DNA of 64,000 nucleotides from an uncultured Clostridia bacterium (GTDB lineage Bacteria; Bacillota; Clostridia; Oscillospirales; CAG-272): NCBI GenBank assembly GCA_944393415.1, contig CALYAD010000068.1, positions 4,603 to 68,602 of the forward strand, read 5' to 3'. Shown piece by piece: positions 60,417 to 64,000 of this stretch (position 1 is its first letter; each line of letters starts with the position of its first letter). The notes under the pieces were generated by a model. It saw only the letters and a program-made list of their open reading frames with translations, ran no database searches and was not told where the DNA came from. The position numbers and the translations under genes were made by a program.

Positions 60417-61304
60417 ATGGCATACAGCATGACGGCATACGGTAAAGCGACCGGAAGCACCGAAACAAAAAATTATATTGTGGAGTTAAAATCCGTCAAC
60501 AGCAGATTCTTTGATTGTACGATAAAGATCCCTACTCAATACGGTCACCTTGAAGAAAAAATAAAATCATATTTACAGAGCCGGGGAATAAGCAGAGGCA
60601 AGATAAGCGTTTATGTCGGGATAGACCAGACCGCAACTTCGGAAAACGAGATATTATTAAACGAAAATTACGCTTCTCAGTATATAGCCGCTCTTCGTAC
60701 GTTAGCGGAAAAATTCGGGCTCAGGGACGATATCAGCGTGATGAGAGTCGCCTCAAACCGGGATATATTTTCTTTTAAAAGTCCCCCTGAGGACACGGAA
60801 AAGGACTGGAACGATATCCTGCCTACAATAAAAGCCGCTACCGATTCATTTTTAGAGATGCGTATGTCCGAGGGTGAAAATCTGCGACGCGATCTATGCG
60901 AAAAGACCGAGCAGGTCACCCGACTCATTGATTTCATAAAGGAACACGCCGACGACGCCCAGGAGGTATACCGCGCAAGGCTTGAGCAAAAGCTCCGCAA
61001 CACACTCGAGACTCTTGACTACCCAATCGACACGCAGCGAATTTTGACCGAGTGCGCCCTCTTCGCGGACAAGACCGCGATCGACGAAGAGCTGGTGCGG
61101 CTTGACAGTCATTTTCTTGCGTTCAAACAGGCTATTAACTCCGACGAAGCGATGGGAAGAAAACTCGATTTTATTTTTCAGGAGGTAAACCGCGAGGTAA
61201 ATACTATCGGCTCAAAGGTGTCCGATATAGCTCTGACAAAAACCGTCGTTGAGATAAAAACAATGCTTGAAAAAATCCGAGAGCAGCTTCAGAATCTCGA
61301 ATAA
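60417..61304 (+). CDS. yloC: YicC/YloC family endoribonuclease
   Basis: SMTAYG, ELKSVNSRF, EELVRL.SH, GRKLDF..QE.NRE.NTIGSK and EKIREQLQNLE. Confidence 0.9.
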   Translation: MAYSMTAYGKATGSTETKNYIVELKSVNSRFFDCTIKIPTQYGHLEEKIKSYLQSRGISRGKISVYVGIDQTATSENEILLNENYASQYIAALRTLAEKFGLRDDISVMRVASNRDIFSFKSPPEDTEKDWNDILPTIKAATDSFLEMRMSEGENLRRDLCEKTEQVTRLIDFIKEHADDAQEVYRARLEQKLRNTLETLDYPIDTQRILTECALFADKTAIDEELVRLDSHFLAFKQAINSDEAMGRKLDFIFQEVNREVNTIGSKVSDIALTKTVVEIKTMLEKIREQLQNLE

Positions 61305-61349
61305 AAAATCCGCTGCGCCTAAAAGAATTTGATTTGGTGAATATCAACT

Positions 61350-61616
61350 ATGAAATTTGTTAATATTGGATTCGGGAATACTGTATGTACAGACAGGATA
61401 ATAGCCGTGGTCAGCCCCGAATCGGCGCCGATCAAGCGCCTCGTAATAGACGGAAAGGCCGCAGGTACCGTAATCGACGTTTCCTGCGGCAGAAAAACCC
61501 GTTCCGTTTTGATAACCGACTGCGGAAACATTATTCTTTCCGCCTTACAGTGCGAGACCGTTTCAGCCCGCTTTAACGGCGCGGACGATTCCTCGGGTGA
61601 TGAGTCCGAGCTCTAA
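61350..61616 (+). CDS. remA: RemA/DUF370 regulatory protein
   Basis: NIGFGN.V...RIIAVVSPESAPIKR and GRKTRSV.ITD. Confidence 0.9.
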   Translation: MKFVNIGFGNTVCTDRIIAVVSPESAPIKRLVIDGKAAGTVIDVSCGRKTRSVLITDCGNIILSALQCETVSARFNGADDSSGDESEL

Positions 61617-61702
61617 ATTTTCTCAGACCGTTCTGACATAAGACTTTAACTTTAATATGTTAAAATTATTTAATATCGGCATAACCGAGAGAAAGGATCA
61701 AT

Positions 61703-62314
61703 ATGACAAGCAAGGGTTCACTTATTGTAATCAGCGGACCTGCGGGAAGCGGCAAGGGTACTATCGTAAAGCTTCTTTTGCAGGATGAAAGCTATACCGT
61801 ATCGATTTCCACCACGTCACGTCAGCCTCGCTCAGATGACATCCCCGGAGTTACGTATAATTTCGTGTCAAGCGAGGAATTCATTGATATGATCTCAAAC
61901 GGAGAGCTCGCGGAATTCGCGGAATACGTGGGAAATTTCTACGGTACGCCGATAAGCACGATCACAGAGCTTATCTCCTCCGGGAAAAACGTTATTCTGG
62001 AGATAGAAACCCAGGGGGCGCTCCAGATAAAATCAAGATTCCCGGAAGCAATTCTTATCTGGCTTTCTCCTCCGGACTACGACACGCTCGATTCCCGTCT
62101 CCGCGGACGCGGAACAAATACTGACGAGGATATCAATAAACGACTTACAGCCGCACGCCGGGAGCTTCAGCTCCTCCCCTATTATGATTATATCGTTATA
62201 AACGAAAAGGGAAAGGCTGAGGAAGCTGCGGAAAAGATTCGAAAAATAGTTGAAGTAAACTCAATGTCTACTAAACAAAACTCGGATTTTGTCCGTGAGT
62301 TTTACAAGCTCTGA
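61703..62314 (+). CDS. gmk: Guanylate kinase
   Basis: SGPAGSGKGT, STTSR.PR, YGTP and RLRGRGT. Confidence 0.95.
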   Translation: MTSKGSLIVISGPAGSGKGTIVKLLLQDESYTVSISTTSRQPRSDDIPGVTYNFVSSEEFIDMISNGELAEFAEYVGNFYGTPISTITELISSGKNVILEIETQGALQIKSRFPEAILIWLSPPDYDTLDSRLRGRGTNTDEDINKRLTAARRELQLLPYYDYIVINEKGKAEEAAEKIRKIVEVNSMSTKQNSDFVREFYKL

Positions 62315-62356
62315 TCATAAATTTAATTTGGTAATACCGCGAGGAGATATAAAACC

Positions 62357-62650
62357 ATGATGATAACACCCGGAATCGAGGAGCTTTCCGAAAACGGAAA
62401 GTACAACCGCTACGAGCTTTGCATTGCCGTCGCAAAGTGCGCGAGAATCGTTACGGACGAATATGTGGAGCAGTACAACAAAGCCGAAACAATGATAGCA
62501 AACAAAGAAACCGACAAAACCATAAGCGCGATTATCAAAAGAGAGCTTCGCGATGACAAAGCCGTTAAGGTCGCAATTAAACGCCTTGCCGCGCACGAAT
62601 ACAGAATAGTTGACGATTCCATCCGGGAACCCGGCGACAATGTCAGATAA
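62357..62650 (+). CDS. rpoZ: RNA polymerase omega subunit
   Basis: NRYELCIAVAK.AR and KAVKVAI; located between gmk and priA. Confidence 0.8.
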   Translation: MMITPGIEELSENGKYNRYELCIAVAKCARIVTDEYVEQYNKAETMIANKETDKTISAIIKRELRDDKAVKVAIKRLAAHEYRIVDDSIREPGDNVR

Positions 62651-64000
62651 CAATATTCAAAACGGCACTCGGCTCGGGTGCCGTTTTCGGCTCGCCTCGG
62701 TATATATACTCAGCGCCCCATATCATCTCGACAAGCCGTTCGACTACCGTATACCGGATGCTCTCAAGCTCTCCGCCGGAGATTTCGCGGCAGTTCCCTT
62801 CGGCGGCGGAAACCGCCCCGAGACCGCGCTCGTCTTTCAGGTCCGCGAGACTGACGAAGCCGATATTTCGCGTTATAAGCCGATAAGCGCCGTTTTACCC
62901 TCAGTGTTGTCATTATCCGACGAAGCGTTACGGACAGTTGAGTTTTTAAAAGAGCATACGTTTTGTACTACCGGAGACGCCGTGCGCACGATAACCCCTT
63001 CCTCGGCTTTCTCAAAGCTTGAAGAATTTCTGACATGCCTGCTTCCTCTGCCTGATTATTATCCTGAACTTTCAGCTGAATATCAGGTATACGATTTTAT
63101 TTCAAAATCCCCGGTATGCACAAAATCACGTCTCTATTCCGTATTCGGAGCAAAAAAAGCGGGGAAAGCCTTGTCAACGCTTATTTCGGAAAAAATAATT
63201 TCTTCAAGCATAAGCGTAAGAGATATAACGAATATCAAATACGCTTTGCTTTATTCCACGCCTTTAACGGCTGACGATATAATAATTCTCGCAAAGGAAA
63301 GAAAACTGCGTTCCGTAAAGCACGCCGAGATATTAAAATATCTGTCCGAAAAAGGTATTTCCGAGCAAGGCGAGCTGTGCGAGGCGACCGGAGCCACCTC
63401 CGCTCAGCTGAAGACGCTTACCGAAAAAGGCTATATCACATGCGAAAAACGTGAGCGATACCGATTGTCGCAGATCGGAAGACGCGAACCCTCTTCACTG
63501 ACCTTGAACGAGGAGCAGAAAAAAGCCGCCGATACTATCATATCACTGACACGTTGCGGCAAACCTAAGGCAGCTCTGCTTCACGGTGTTACCGGAAGCG
63601 GTAAAACTCATGTTATACGAGCGGTAATGGAGGAAGTCATAAAAAGCGGAAGATCGGTCATACTTTTAGTACCGGAAATATCTCTGACTCCTCAAACCAT
63701 TTCTTTTTTTTCAGCCTCGTTCGGTGACAGAACGGCGGTGATCCATTCCGGACTTTCAGCCGGCGAACGCTTCGACGCGTGGAGAAGGATAAAAAACGGT
63801 GAGGTGGATGTCTGCATAGGAACACGCTCCGCGGTTTTCGCCCCGTTTCAAAGGCTTGGGCTAATCGTTATAGACGAGGAACAGGAGCATACCTACAAAT
63901 CCGATTCTTCTCCCCGATATCACGCGAAGGAGGCAGCCGGCTTCCGCTGCGGCTATCATAACGCGGTCCTGCTTCTCGCTTCCGCTACCCCGTCTCTTGA
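62640..64000 (+). CDS. priA: Primosomal protein N' (partial, runs off the window)
   Basis: The frame from ATG 62640 reads LDKPFDY, VPFG, LLHGVTGSGKT, LVPEISLTPQ, IGTRSAVFAP, IDEEQE and ASATPSL. Absent from the ORF track because there is no stop in the window. Confidence 0.93.
   Translation, partial: MSDNNIQNGTRLGCRFRLASVYILSAPYHLDKPFDYRIPDALKLSAGDFAAVPFGGGNRPETALVFQVRETDEADISRYKPISAVLPSVLSLSDEALRTVEFLKEHTFCTTGDAVRTITPSSAFSKLEEFLTCLLPLPDYYPELSAEYQVYDFISKSPVCTKSRLYSVFGAKKAGKALSTLISEKIISSSISVRDITNIKYALLYSTPLTADDIIILAKERKLRSVKHAEILKYLSEKGISEQGELCEATGATSAQLKTLTEKGYITCEKRERYRLSQIGRREPSSLTLNEEQKKAADTIISLTRCGKPKAALLHGVTGSGKTHVIRAVMEEVIKSGRSVILLVPEISLTPQTISFFSASFGDRTAVIHSGLSAGERFDAWRRIKNGEVDVCIGTRSAVFAPFQRLGLIVIDEEQEHTYKSDSSPRYHAKEAAGFRCGYHNAVLLLASATPSL

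Overview
Chromosomal window from a spore-forming, moderate-GC Firmicute, probably Clostridia (inferred from spoIIID, ytfI/ytfJ, dacB, a SpoVB-like flippase and Bacillota-type glg and yloC-remA-gmk-rpoZ-priA operons). Most of it is housekeeping: xerC, galE, scpAB, lysA, engB, lon, citrate synthase, nadE, glgBCDAP, dxs, and queT with a preQ1-I riboswitch. I saw no tRNA, rRNA or CRISPR array. Four things stand out. (1) An AT-rich locus at the left edge has polymorphic-toxin-like architecture: a secreted ricin-B/LCAT-type lipase, a membrane protein, then a start-less variant copy of the lipase domain. (2) A ~110-145 bp structured repeat occurs four times; three copies end in a covarying hairpin plus SD exactly 2 nt before the start codons of unrelated genes. 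(3) A DUF5685-like gene with two Asp-rich motifs is followed by two J-domain proteins with 9-Cys C-terminal tails and a membrane protein. (4) Several families of tiny mobile or repeat elements target hairpins. All product calls are from motif recognition by eye, not database searches.
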